Origin: a virus
Direction: 5' to 3' (one strand)
Length of the DNA stretch: 64,000 nucleotides
Virus record (IMG/VR): IMGVR_UViG_3300048446_000526
Span: 1-64,000 of that record
The translations under genes were made by a program, and so were the position numbers. The notes under the pieces were generated by a model, which made no database searches, was not told the origin of the DNA, and worked only from the letters and a program-made list of their open reading frames with translations. Below are positions 11,887 through 21,799 of the stretch, piece by piece. Within the stretch, counting starts at the first letter, position 1. Every line of letters starts with the position of its first letter.

Positions 11887-14800
11887 TGAGCACACTCTTT
11901 TTTGAAGGCTTCGAAAGAGGCTATATATATAATGAATTAGATTCAAACTGGACACAGGATGCTTCACAGTCTACTGCGGCTAATCCTTTGTATTCATTTG
12001 GTGGATATACCAGTATGTCTGGTGTTCAAGGAGAGTACTGCTGGGAACTAGCAGCAGAAAGATATTTAGAGGGGGCGAACCCCAGCCCCAACCTTTCACG
12101 CAGTGCTATTAAGCCTGCTCAAGCAGATTATATGTGGCAGTATGCTACTTCTAAGTTCCCAACTCAACTTATGACAGGAATTACTATACCTCCAGAGGGC
12201 TGGGAGTACTCCTGTGATGTTTTTAGTCCTGCCAATGCCTATCCATGTTTAGGAACACCTCCGGGTTTTTTGAGTTTAACCAATATAAACGGAAGAGACA
12301 TATTTAATTATTCAGAGATAGACTCTGTCAACATCACAGGCATGAATCTTGTAACAGAAGGTTCTGATGCTGTTTTCTTTGGTTGCAGATGGCTCGGAAT
12401 GGAAACTAAACACCCAGACTTTATAGCAAGAGACAAAGCAGGAAGATATGGAGATAGGCATCCTCTTGTTTCTTTTTGTAGCGGAGAGCAAGAACTGCTA
12501 TTTAGTCTAGTAAACGTCAGTGGAACTGGATGGTTTCAAGATCGCAAAATTGATGGAGATAGAACTGCTGCAACAATGGGTTTAAGGGTAGAGCAAAACG
12601 GTGTTTTAAAAGGTGTTTTTGATCTGAATATTAGTGGTGTCAACGGAGTGAATAATTTTCAAATTCAAACCATAGCAGATCAAACCGGACAATACAACAT
12701 GGATATCCAAACAGGTAAAATTCTTGGTATTCAAAATATTGTACAACGACTAGGCTTTAATGGACAACCATTCCCGAACACCAATGAAGTTTGCACCATG
12801 TCTAGATGGGCTTTTCTAAATATAGAAATACGTTATGAGCCTGCTCCTTATGTTTCTCTGCAAATAGAAGGCGTTGACGCTATAGCAATTCCTCTGGACG
12901 ACCCCACAGTTAATCTGAACAATAGAAACGACCCTAATATAGACTATGTAATACCTATAGACGTAGCACACTTTAATAAAATTAGGCTATTTAACAGAAC
13001 GTATGATCCAGATGCAAAGTTTACAAGAAAGTTTTCAGACTTTCCTTATGGCACGTTTGAGTGTGATGGCATAACTACAAGTTTTATGAGATATCCTAGT
13101 TATTATGTGATGGAAGGCTCAGTAGTACTAATAGATGACGTATCTCTTGTGGATACTTCTACAGACCCCGGCCCTAATATGAGAGTAGGTCCAGATTCTC
13201 ATGTGTGTCGCCTGTTTCCGGGTTTAGTTGCTCACGCCTCAAATACTAAAGATGCCCCTTTCGCTGATCCTGAATATGGTCTTGGTGATGATTATATGTT
13301 CTTAGACGGTAAAAGCGAATGGACAGCAGAATACGAACAAGTAGAAAAAGCAGCAGCATTTACAGGTTACAACCCCGATAATAATCGCGGCATCAATGCG
13401 GGTACTATGGTAGGCATTCCAGATAAACCTCAGAAAAGAGCAGCAGTAAAAGACGCAGATTGTACGAGTAGTTATATACATGCATTTAAAGAAGGACAAA
13501 TGCAGACAATGCCTTTTTTGCCTCTAGATTTTGCTCCAGACCAAGATTATTCTCCTTACGATCTAGGTGAATATCATGTAGTTTATGATCCTAATAATCC
13601 TATTAGTCAATCAGGATTTTGTACTGCTAATGTTTTTATAAGCAATGAATTTAACGAAGAAAGAAGAGTTGTGTATCCGGGTGATGGAGAATCTGCTTTT
13701 AGATACTATCTTGCTAGTGGAATAGCAGGGATAAAAGTTTATAATCAGTATTTCCCTAGAAGTTTAAACTCAAGTTTTGAAAATATTTTTTGGGGTCCAG
13801 AGTCAGACGATTGGCCCGATATTGACTTATATAATATAGAAACCCAACTTATATGGTACGACCGGATAGAAGACACTACTAACGTCTTTGATACCGGACA
13901 TCGTATAAATGCCACGTATTATCCAGATGATAGGATGGCATGGGTAACAGGGCTTGGATATAATGTACAGGCAGAAGCAGAACAAGTTAGAGAGTTCTAT
14001 GATCTGTGGGGCAATGGCAGAGGTATAAACCTTAGCGATGCTTATGTTCTACCTTACATGGCAAATCTATCTTATGTACAATTTAATCAAACTCGATACG
14101 GAGCAGGAGGAGACCCTGATGTAAGCATAGCCAATAAAAATTATCAAACATGGAGATGTTCTGGTACACAATCTGGTATGCCTTGGGGAATTAGTGCGTG
14201 GGTTTATTTCAAAGAAGAAGATGATATTATACATTTGCATTCTAGATACTTAGACAATGAACTAGGTGTTTCAGGGGTAGTAGACTTTCAAAGAAACTAC
14301 AAAGGAGATTATAATTCAGGAGCAGGGCCACAAGGAAGTAAGTTTCCAGAAATTATTTTTACAGATTGTACCACCAACCCACAATACTGCCAGTATTACA
14401 ATCCTGCTGGATGGAATCCCGATGATTTTTATAGTGTTATAAATCAATTTTGGTATAACTTTAACCCAGACGGGCCTTCTAACTGGCCTACTGGTCTAGG
14501 AGCATATTGGCCTTATGCAGTATATGCAACTAGAAGCGGTATCAGAATTGCTACTATTGGAGCAGAAACCAATACTGTTTTTCATAGGTTTGGAGCAAAT
14601 CCTAACTACGATCCTTTTACCGCCCCAGATGAAAATGGAGCAGATATCAATACTTACAATGTGCCTGAAACATGGCAATGGAGTGGAACTTTAGATGATC
14701 CTTTGATATACAGAGACTTTTTCTTTAGTGGAGAAATACCAGTAGGAGAATGGTGTCATATAGAAATCAACAAAGATGTTGATCGTTATGTCAGAGTATT

Positions 14801-15356
14801 TTGTTCAGGAGTTCCTAGCACTGGTCATCAAGTTGTAGCAAAATCTCATCCACAAGATTATTACTACGCACTATCTACTCAAATGCTAGGAGAAGAAGTC
14901 ACAGGTCCGACTACCGGACTTTATCAATTTAATCATTCTGGTTTCTTTTGGAGAAACAAAGGCGATGCAGCCGACGATCAGCCACCATTATCCTTTTACA
15001 TACCTACAGACACCGGACCTATGTTTAATTCTCTAATTGCTATTCAAGGCAGTGACATTGGCAATGACAACCATATGTTTATTATAGTACCACCAAGAGT
15101 CGGTCCAAATGTGCAAATAGAAGATTATGTGTATGTAACAGGAGCGGTTCTTCATACAGGAGCGTTCCCAGTACCAGATAAATGGATTCCTATTGTGGAT
15201 GATTTTTATAATTCTTGTGAAGTACAAATGACAGGCAATACAGAATGCAATACAACCAACTACTACTTATACAATGACCCTGTTTCTGAACAAATATGGG
15301 ATTCAGGTTTATTCATAGAACCATCAGGCTTTAGATTCGGAGTAAGAAAGACATGA
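11886..15356 (+). CDS. Virion structural protein with LamG/concanavalin A-like jelly-roll domain(s)
   Basis: N-terminal LFFEGFE. LamG-like motifs WGISAWVYF, IPVGEWCHIEINKD..VRVFCSG and IEDYVYVTGAVLHTGAFPVP. Confidence 0.55.
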   Translation: MSTLFFEGFERGYIYNELDSNWTQDASQSTAANPLYSFGGYTSMSGVQGEYCWELAAERYLEGANPSPNLSRSAIKPAQADYMWQYATSKFPTQLMTGITIPPEGWEYSCDVFSPANAYPCLGTPPGFLSLTNINGRDIFNYSEIDSVNITGMNLVTEGSDAVFFGCRWLGMETKHPDFIARDKAGRYGDRHPLVSFCSGEQELLFSLVNVSGTGWFQDRKIDGDRTAATMGLRVEQNGVLKGVFDLNISGVNGVNNFQIQTIADQTGQYNMDIQTGKILGIQNIVQRLGFNGQPFPNTNEVCTMSRWAFLNIEIRYEPAPYVSLQIEGVDAIAIPLDDPTVNLNNRNDPNIDYVIPIDVAHFNKIRLFNRTYDPDAKFTRKFSDFPYGTFECDGITTSFMRYPSYYVMEGSVVLIDDVSLVDTSTDPGPNMRVGPDSHVCRLFPGLVAHASNTKDAPFADPEYGLGDDYMFLDGKSEWTAEYEQVEKAAAFTGYNPDNNRGINAGTMVGIPDKPQKRAAVKDADCTSSYIHAFKEGQMQTMPFLPLDFAPDQDYSPYDLGEYHVVYDPNNPISQSGFCTANVFISNEFNEERRVVYPGDGESAFRYYLASGIAGIKVYNQYFPRSLNSSFENIFWGPESDDWPDIDLYNIETQLIWYDRIEDTTNVFDTGHRINATYYPDDRMAWVTGLGYNVQAEAEQVREFYDLWGNGRGINLSDAYVLPYMANLSYVQFNQTRYGAGGDPDVSIANKNYQTWRCSGTQSGMPWGISAWVYFKEEDDIIHLHSRYLDNELGVSGVVDFQRNYKGDYNSGAGPQGSKFPEIIFTDCTTNPQYCQYYNPAGWNPDDFYSVINQFWYNFNPDGPSNWPTGLGAYWPYAVYATRSGIRIATIGAETNTVFHRFGANPNYDPFTAPDENGADINTYNVPETWQWSGTLDDPLIYRDFFFSGEIPVGEWCHIEINKDVDRYVRVFCSGVPSTGHQVVAKSHPQDYYYALSTQMLGEEVTGPTTGLYQFNHSGFFWRNKGDAADDQPPLSFYIPTDTGPMFNSLIAIQGSDIGNDNHMFIIVPPRVGPNVQIEDYVYVTGAVLHTGAFPVPDKWIPIVDDFYNSCEVQMTGNTECNTTNYYLYNDPVSEQIWDSGLFIEPSGFRFGVRKT

Positions 15357-18115
15357 GCAACACAATTAATGGAACTGTAAATTTATATGTAAGCGGTCAA
15401 CAACAGAGTATAAACTCATCAAGTCAGGTTGTAAACATATTTCCTGCACAAGATGTTAACCAAACAGGTACTCTAGGAGTAGTTTCCCCGTCTAATCCAG
15501 ACGGTATTTTTATGACAGGTATTTTTATTGTTAATATTAATACCACGCTTCCTGTGTATAAAGATTCTTTGCTGCTTGCTACTATGACTATTGCTGGAAG
15601 TGAATCTACCATATATGATCGTCCAGAACTTAACAGAAGTCCTTTTGCTTTTGTTAACGGTATTCAAATGATGGAGGATTTAATTGATAATCCTGCTGCC
15701 GGTGCTGATATACCACAAGTTGGTGATTATGTAGTTTTTGTGCAAGATGATCTTCCATATCTAGAAGGTGACAAAGGAGCATGGAATGGTAGCAGTTGGA
15801 TAAAATTTGGGCCGTTTGAACCTATAGATATATCTATTGTTCCAACAAACCCACTTGCAGAAATACCAGTAGCAGTTAAAACTCAAAGCACTAGCGATGC
15901 TGAACTTTTCGCCACATATGCTGATTTTGCAAACTCTGCTAAGAACACTGGAGTGTTTGTAAATTTTAATACAGACGGCGTAAATGCCATAGATATAACC
16001 AGCGTACTAAAACCCGTCACAGAAAGTAGTGCATGGGAAAAAAATAATGGTGTCAATATTATTATTGAACCTACAGGTGTAGCAAGACTTTCTAGGCCTC
16101 CGTATACAACAGTAAGTACTCAGGCCGAAATGTTGGCACTTCCTACTCAACTAGACCCAGACGACCCTACTGTTATACCTGTTGTAGGAGGAGACTATGT
16201 TTATTTCACAGCAGATGACTTTCCATATAATGTAGGAGATAAAGGCTCATGGAATGGAACCTCATGGATCAGAGAGCCTGAAATAAATTATTTAATTGAC
16301 GTAGGTGCTATTTCTCCTTCTCAGTATAGAATCGATCTATTATATAGTAAAGTTCCACCGGAAGCACCGCAAAACCTATCAGTAGTTCCGGCATTTCGTT
16401 CATTAGATGTTTTCTGGGAACCTCCTTTGGATGATGGTGGATCACCAGTTATAAACTATGATATACAATTTCAAAAAGACGGAGAAAGTACATGGACTGA
16501 AGTTTTCCCTCCTGTTTCTGAAACATCAGGGGTAATTCCAAACCTAGAACCAAGCACATTTTATTTTGTCAGAGTAAGGGCTAATAACGCTATCGGTAGT
16601 GGGCCATTCGTTACTACAAGCACACCTGACGCACCAAACAATACAAACCCGGCTCCTATATCTTCATTGGATTTCAACAGTGCTAATCCGATACGAGTTA
16701 GGATTAGAAGAGACCTAAAGGCTAATTGGGATGCAGCAGACCCAATTCTAGCCATTGGGGAGCCGGGATACGAACTTGATACTAACTACCTAAAAGTAGG
16801 AAATGGAGTTAGTAGTTGGACGGGGTTGCCTACAATCAAAGTGCCTGACAGCACAATCAATTTCCCTGTTCCAGCAGATGTATTTCTAAAGATCAAAAGC
16901 AATGCATTCGAAAGTCAACCTGTGGTAACATGCAATCTTTCGCAAGATGTCGGCCTGAGTTTAATTGCAGGCACAGGCATGAATTTACTTTATAGTGATG
17001 AAGATAAAAGCGTTACATTTGCTTTAAAAAATACATTTGATCCTATAAACAGTGGAACTATAGCAAATCCTCAGACAACAGGTACTCCCGGTACGGTTAA
17101 CTATGATGAAAACAGAATATACATTTGTGTAAAACAGAACGAGTGGAAACGAGTGATACAAGATATTCCTTGGTTTAATTTTGTTCCTTTGAATGTTTCT
17201 GATTTTAACGGTAATTACCCTAGTGATACCCAGATTCTTTCTAGTGGAGCCTTCTTAACTGTAACATCAAACGGAGACCCATACCCAGCGTTGGCTGGTG
17301 ATCCACTAACTAATGATGGCTTTACTCCTAGAGGTGGTTTTCTTGGAGGTTATATTCCTGTCAATCAAAATATAAATCTTGCTATTGAATACAGAGGAGG
17401 AGAAAACACTTCTAGTCCAATGCCTGTCGTAACCAATGAATTTGTAGGGGTTACAGTAAATGGTGTCCCAATCAAGCCACCAAGTTACTCTGGTCCTGTT
17501 GATGTTTTCCCTGCTCCTGCTAGCCTTCAATGGAATCTTGTTTACTGGAGCAGATACTTTGGCATGGACGACTGTAACGGTTTAGTATTTTCGGATGGTG
17601 CATATAACTACTACGGAGGTGGTTTTGTGTCTGCTTGCTGGGACGATCCTAAATTTTACGGAGCAAACTCATATTACAGTAATACTGACTTTAACCAAGA
17701 CTATATGAGACATTCAGACGGTCATTCTAAAATCATAGGATTGGCTTTAGACGGCTACCCTATATATGGTCCATTTGGCTACTCAGATGCTCTTGACACG
17801 GGTTCTATTATAAAACGTATGGAAACAGGCTATACAACGCTATTTAACGATTCTCACCGCCCTGTGGATTTTAAGTACACTAATGAATTGGTTATAGATG
17901 ATAGTATTTACCCATTAGTTGCTGGGGCTTTTGTGGAAGATTTTGAGTTTAGCAATGCTGGGGATTTAGACGCATATAATGGTAGATACTGTAAAACTCC
18001 AGACTATCCAAATGGCACTTATGCCTACTTTTTGACGTTTTCTGATGACGGTATGCTATTTCCTGCATATCCTTACATAATTGGTACTAGTACTAGGGAG
18101 CAGCGTAGTGTATAG
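15353..18115 (+). CDS. Modular virion protein: FN3 + Mtd-N/hyaluronidase-N-like + YHYH-like domain
   Basis: FN3 PEAPQNL...WEPPLDDGGSPVINYDIQ...YFVRVRANNAIGSG (~16355-16625). RRDLKANW...PILAIGEPGYELDT..LKVGNG..SW..LP (~16691-16830). YHYH-family HSKIIGLALDGYPIYGPFGY and DLDAYNGRYCKTPDYPNGTYAYF. ATGA overlap with upstream gene. Confidence 0.75.
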   Translation: MSNTINGTVNLYVSGQQQSINSSSQVVNIFPAQDVNQTGTLGVVSPSNPDGIFMTGIFIVNINTTLPVYKDSLLLATMTIAGSESTIYDRPELNRSPFAFVNGIQMMEDLIDNPAAGADIPQVGDYVVFVQDDLPYLEGDKGAWNGSSWIKFGPFEPIDISIVPTNPLAEIPVAVKTQSTSDAELFATYADFANSAKNTGVFVNFNTDGVNAIDITSVLKPVTESSAWEKNNGVNIIIEPTGVARLSRPPYTTVSTQAEMLALPTQLDPDDPTVIPVVGGDYVYFTADDFPYNVGDKGSWNGTSWIREPEINYLIDVGAISPSQYRIDLLYSKVPPEAPQNLSVVPAFRSLDVFWEPPLDDGGSPVINYDIQFQKDGESTWTEVFPPVSETSGVIPNLEPSTFYFVRVRANNAIGSGPFVTTSTPDAPNNTNPAPISSLDFNSANPIRVRIRRDLKANWDAADPILAIGEPGYELDTNYLKVGNGVSSWTGLPTIKVPDSTINFPVPADVFLKIKSNAFESQPVVTCNLSQDVGLSLIAGTGMNLLYSDEDKSVTFALKNTFDPINSGTIANPQTTGTPGTVNYDENRIYICVKQNEWKRVIQDIPWFNFVPLNVSDFNGNYPSDTQILSSGAFLTVTSNGDPYPALAGDPLTNDGFTPRGGFLGGYIPVNQNINLAIEYRGGENTSSPMPVVTNEFVGVTVNGVPIKPPSYSGPVDVFPAPASLQWNLVYWSRYFGMDDCNGLVFSDGAYNYYGGGFVSACWDDPKFYGANSYYSNTDFNQDYMRHSDGHSKIIGLALDGYPIYGPFGYSDALDTGSIIKRMETGYTTLFNDSHRPVDFKYTNELVIDDSIYPLVAGAFVEDFEFSNAGDLDAYNGRYCKTPDYPNGTYAYFLTFSDDGMLFPAYPYIIGTSTREQRSV
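15722..16270 (+). repeat. Internal 27-aa duplication (15722-15802 and 16190-16270)
   Basis: GDYVVFVQDDLPYLEGDKGAWNGSSWI vs GDYVYFTADDFPYNVGDKGSWNGTSWI. Confidence 0.85.
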
Positions 18116-18150
18116 TAATATAGGTATTTTACTTTTGAAAGGCAAAAAAT

Positions 18151-18675
18151 ATGTTTGATCATCTCATCACACCGCAATTTAAAAATATTTATAAAGAAGC
18201 AATCGACACGCTTATTGTCAACTCCACCAATTCATTAACCGTACCTTGCAAGTTTATATATGACAGTGCAAAGCGTCAACCTTGTCCTAATTGTGTATTT
18301 GATCCTATACAACAGAGGTCTCTTAATAAATATAACGGCACAGGGCCAGCACCTTTTCCAGATCAAAGCATCTGTCCTGTTTGTGCAGGCTATGGGTTTA
18401 GCAATGTACAGAATGAAGAAGTTGCTCACATGGGAATCATATTCGATAGTAAGTACTGGATGAACTGGGGTTCTAACTCAGTCAATATTACAGAAGGCAT
18501 GGTGCAGAGCCTTTCCACTATCAAACTTTACAACCAGATTAAAAGATGTAGAGAGATGATCATGGACACGAATCTTTCTCATCTTGGTAACTACAATTAT
18601 ACCAGAGCAGGAGAGCCTGAACCAGCAGGTCTAGGTGATCATATTTACTTAATTACTATGTGGAAAAGACTATGA
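18151..18675 (+). CDS. Putative head-closure/neck protein with Zn-binding CxxC pair
   Basis: CPNC...CPVCAGYG motif; first gene of the neck-terminator-tube block. Confidence 0.5.
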   Translation: MFDHLITPQFKNIYKEAIDTLIVNSTNSLTVPCKFIYDSAKRQPCPNCVFDPIQQRSLNKYNGTGPAPFPDQSICPVCAGYGFSNVQNEEVAHMGIIFDSKYWMNWGSNSVNITEGMVQSLSTIKLYNQIKRCREMIMDTNLSHLGNYNYTRAGEPEPAGLGDHIYLITMWKRL

Positions 18676-19310
18676 AACTTACTGTAGATATAAAACAATC
18701 CACAACTCAAATTTCTAAAGACATCGCTAATATTATTTTAGCACAGATGAAAAAGTCTTTTCAAGAAGGAACAGATAAAATTACTCAGCAACTTCCTACA
18801 GTTATACTGAATGCTATTAAATCTCAACCAGAATATAGAGCACTTACATCAGGTGATCTAAGACTTGAATTTGGTTTGACAAATGCAGTAGGTAAAGTTG
18901 ATGCGATACTAGACATATGGGCAAACAGCGTACAAATTTTATATCTTCCTCCAAAACTACAAGGCTATCAAACTGTTGCTGTTTACAATTTTGAGATGAT
19001 ACAGTCTGATTATAGCGACGTTTTAAGTTCCATTGATGCACAACAAGTTATCAAAAATGGCTCATTGCCTTGGCTAGAATGGTTATTGAAGAGAGGTGGA
19101 GACCTGCTTGTTCCAGAATATACGGTTAAATTTGGTCCAAGTGAATTTTCTAGAACAGGTGACGCTATCATGGTAGAAAGTAATAATGGCTACAGGGTAG
19201 ACCCAAAATATGCTGGAGACGTAGGCAATAACTGGGTAACTAGGGCTACTGAAAGCGTAGACAAAGAAATTACAAAACTTATAACTAATTCACTGAAAGG
19301 TACATTATGA
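18672..19310 (+). CDS. Putative neck/tail-completion protein
   Basis: ATG at 18672 overlaps the upstream TGA (ATGA), so it is preferred over the GTG at 18660. Function inferred from synteny only. Confidence 0.4.
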   Translation: MKLTVDIKQSTTQISKDIANIILAQMKKSFQEGTDKITQQLPTVILNAIKSQPEYRALTSGDLRLEFGLTNAVGKVDAILDIWANSVQILYLPPKLQGYQTVAVYNFEMIQSDYSDVLSSIDAQQVIKNGSLPWLEWLLKRGGDLLVPEYTVKFGPSEFSRTGDAIMVESNNGYRVDPKYAGDVGNNWVTRATESVDKEITKLITNSLKGTL

Positions 19311-20386
19311 GTGACGAATGTGGATGTGGAAATAACGTAGGCTTTAGTAAGGTCGATGAAATAGGCGATAGCCAACTTATAAACCAATTAGAAGAAAACA
19401 TGAAAGCCTTTCTAGACTATGGCTTCCTAAACATAGGAGGCTTTATCAATGTAGGCATTGTTACCAGCGGACATTTTGGTGGCTCATTTGACCAGTTATA
19501 TGTATCATCTAACCCTGCTGGCTCTGAAGGAACAATATATGAAACATGGAAGAAAGACTTGGTACATCAGACAAGTATATCTTACAAGGGAATTAACCCT
19601 ACTGCTGTAAGCGGTATATATGTAGATGATACTTTTATTCCCGGTCCAACAGGAGATCAGCAATATGGATACAGCATAAACTATCCTCTTGGTCAGGTAA
19701 TATTCGATCAGCCTGTACCAGAAGGATCAAAAGTACAAATGGCTTACTCTTATCACTGGGTTCAAGTATACAAGAGCAGTGCTAGTCCATATTGGAAAGA
19801 ACTACAAGAACTTAGTTACAAACCCGGAGGTGCTGACAATGGACACAGCACAACTGTGCCACCAACAACAGATTGTGGTCCAATTCCAGTTTATAATGAC
19901 AACTGCAAGTATGTAAATCCTACACTACAAAATCCTAATCACGGAACTCATAATCAGCCTCCATACAACAATTCTATTGGTCACGGACTACAGATGCCTT
20001 GCATAGTAGTGGAACCTATCGCTAGAAGTAGTGCAAAACCCTATCAATTAGGCTGTGTAGACCATTGGATAGACCAAGATATATTGTTGCATGTTTTTGC
20101 TGAAAATGGCATAGACAAGAACAGAATTTGCGATATTATTAGGCTGCAAAAAGAAAAGACAATTTGCTTGTATGACCAAAATAAAGTGGTCAATAGTGGT
20201 GCAAATCCACTAAATTGGGATGGAAGCGTGAATCAAAACGGTCTAAATTACCCTGATTTAGTGACGAATAATGATTATCTTTTTGCAAAATGCTTTTTTA
20301 AAGATATCAAATTAATGGATATGGAAAGTCGTAATAAAAATTTATATTGGTGTACAATAAGGGTAACAACAGAGGTTATCTTGTAG
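19307..20386 (+). CDS. Putative tail terminator/tail-completion protein
   Basis: Immediately upstream of the major tail protein. MPCIVVE...QDILLHVFAE...ICDII pattern resembles terminator-type proteins; ATGA coupling. Confidence 0.45.
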   Translation: MSDECGCGNNVGFSKVDEIGDSQLINQLEENMKAFLDYGFLNIGGFINVGIVTSGHFGGSFDQLYVSSNPAGSEGTIYETWKKDLVHQTSISYKGINPTAVSGIYVDDTFIPGPTGDQQYGYSINYPLGQVIFDQPVPEGSKVQMAYSYHWVQVYKSSASPYWKELQELSYKPGGADNGHSTTVPPTTDCGPIPVYNDNCKYVNPTLQNPNHGTHNQPPYNNSIGHGLQMPCIVVEPIARSSAKPYQLGCVDHWIDQDILLHVFAENGIDKNRICDIIRLQKEKTICLYDQNKVVNSGANPLNWDGSVNQNGLNYPDLVTNNDYLFAKCFFKDIKLMDMESRNKNLYWCTIRVTTEVIL

Positions 20387-20443
20387 TCAGTAAGTACTAC
20401 ATTCTTTTTCCAAATCAAAACAGAACAACTAGTGGAGATAAAC

Positions 20444-21610
20444 ATGGCTAATAACAGAATTTTTTATGCATGTCACAATGTACAGATTTGCGGCCCATCT
20501 GGAACAGAGGCAGCCAAAAATGAAGAGTTTTATACAGTTCAGGGTGCTCAGAGTGTAGGTATGAACACCTCCTTTAATCTTGAGGCCGTGTATCAACTAG
20601 GTCAGTTGAGTCTTTATGACAACTATGAAGAAACTCCAGAAGTTGAAATCACAGTTAATAAAGTACTTGACGGTCAACCAACGATGTATCAGAAATCAAT
20701 GGGTCAGGGAGACCTTGCTTCTGTTGCTAATAGTCGTTGTGGTATTAAATTAAATATTTACCCAGATACAGACACTCGTACTACTGGTACTCCCATCGCC
20801 TCTGTTTTATGTGAACCAGCGTACCTTAGTTCTGTAACTTACACTTTCCCAACTGAAGGAAACTTCACTGAAGAGTGTACTTTTGTTAGTAATGACAAGG
20901 TTTGGTTGAAGAAAACAGCAGACAGTGCATATCCTCCATTCAGTGCCGATGTAAACTCTGCTCCTGTAGCAGAATCACCATCTGGTATCGGTATCATGCG
21001 TCGTCAGGCTTATGATAAGGAGAACAGCATTCTGCCAACAGGCCTATCAAACACAGAACCAACTAAGTTCCACGGTAGTGGTGGTATCCCTCATACCATG
21101 CGTTTCAACAACATTACTGTTAGTATGAACCTTGGTCGTGAAGAAATTCGTGAACTTGGTCGTCGTCAGCCTTTCTATCGTTACATTAGTTTCCCTGTTG
21201 AAGTCACATGCGAAATCGAATGTACCGCTAATACTGGTGATATGGTTGGTACAAGTTCAGGTGCAGAAGGATGTAACACTCCTAAACTTCTTAGTGAAAA
21301 AGAAATTCACTTGAAGTTCTGCGATGGCATGGAACTTGATCTAGGCACTAAGAATAAGTTGCAGAGTGTTAACTACACTGGTGGTGACACTGGTGGTGGT
21401 AATGTTCTTATCACTTACAGTTACAGTAACTTTAATGACTTTACTTTCCTCGGTCCAAATGCTGGCGATGATGATATTAATCTCGAAGCCGGTTACTTTG
21501 TATCAGCCAACTCTGGACCATATCCAGACGAGAGTGGTGGTGAGAGTCGTGTTAAGAAGCCTACTGGTTACCAAGCAGATAACACTGCAACACCTAGTAA
21601 TGGAGATTAG
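20444..21610 (+). CDS. Major tail (tube) protein
   Basis: GGAGA RBS at 20434-20438 favours ATG 20444. Duplicated tube-like halves (VQGAQSVGMNTSFNLEAVYQLGQL; ITVSMNLGREEIRELGR). Frequent CGT/GGT/TTC codons suggest high expression. Lies upstream of chaperones and TMP. Confidence 0.65.
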   Translation: MANNRIFYACHNVQICGPSGTEAAKNEEFYTVQGAQSVGMNTSFNLEAVYQLGQLSLYDNYEETPEVEITVNKVLDGQPTMYQKSMGQGDLASVANSRCGIKLNIYPDTDTRTTGTPIASVLCEPAYLSSVTYTFPTEGNFTEECTFVSNDKVWLKKTADSAYPPFSADVNSAPVAESPSGIGIMRRQAYDKENSILPTGLSNTEPTKFHGSGGIPHTMRFNNITVSMNLGREEIRELGRRQPFYRYISFPVEVTCEIECTANTGDMVGTSSGAEGCNTPKLLSEKEIHLKFCDGMELDLGTKNKLQSVNYTGGDTGGGNVLITYSYSNFNDFTFLGPNAGDDDINLEAGYFVSANSGPYPDESGGESRVKKPTGYQADNTATPSNGD

Positions 21611-21647
21611 TAATAGTTTAAATAGGATTTAATTGTCGGAGGATAAA

Positions 21648-21791
21648 ATGGAAGAGATATTTCAACACCTTGGGCGACTGTACTATGATGTGGTGCAGTC
21701 GCAAAAGGTTATAGAACAAATAAAACAAAAATTAGAAGACAAAGAAAAAGAACTTGAGACTTTAAAACAAGGCATTAAGACGGAAGATTAA
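21648..21791 (+). CDS. Small coiled-coil protein (47 aa), absent from the ORF track
   Basis: GGAGGA RBS at 21638-21643; MEEIFQHLGRLYYDVVQSQKVIEQIKQKLEDKEKELETLKQGIKTED*; fills the gap between genes. Confidence 0.75.
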   Translation: MEEIFQHLGRLYYDVVQSQKVIEQIKQKLEDKEKELETLKQGIKTED

Positions 21792-21799
21792 GGATTACA

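Noticed and set aside
16691-16830. Mtd-N-like domain suggesting a diversity-generating retroelement
   Set aside because: No reverse transcriptase and no TR/VR pair differing at adenines seen in the window; this domain is common in fibres without DGRs.
18109-20366. GTGTA-[AT-rich] motif upstream of 18151 and 20444 (also near 34424 and 46822) as a phage late promoter
   Set aside because: GTGTA occurs many times inside coding regions; enrichment cannot be shown without the whole genome.
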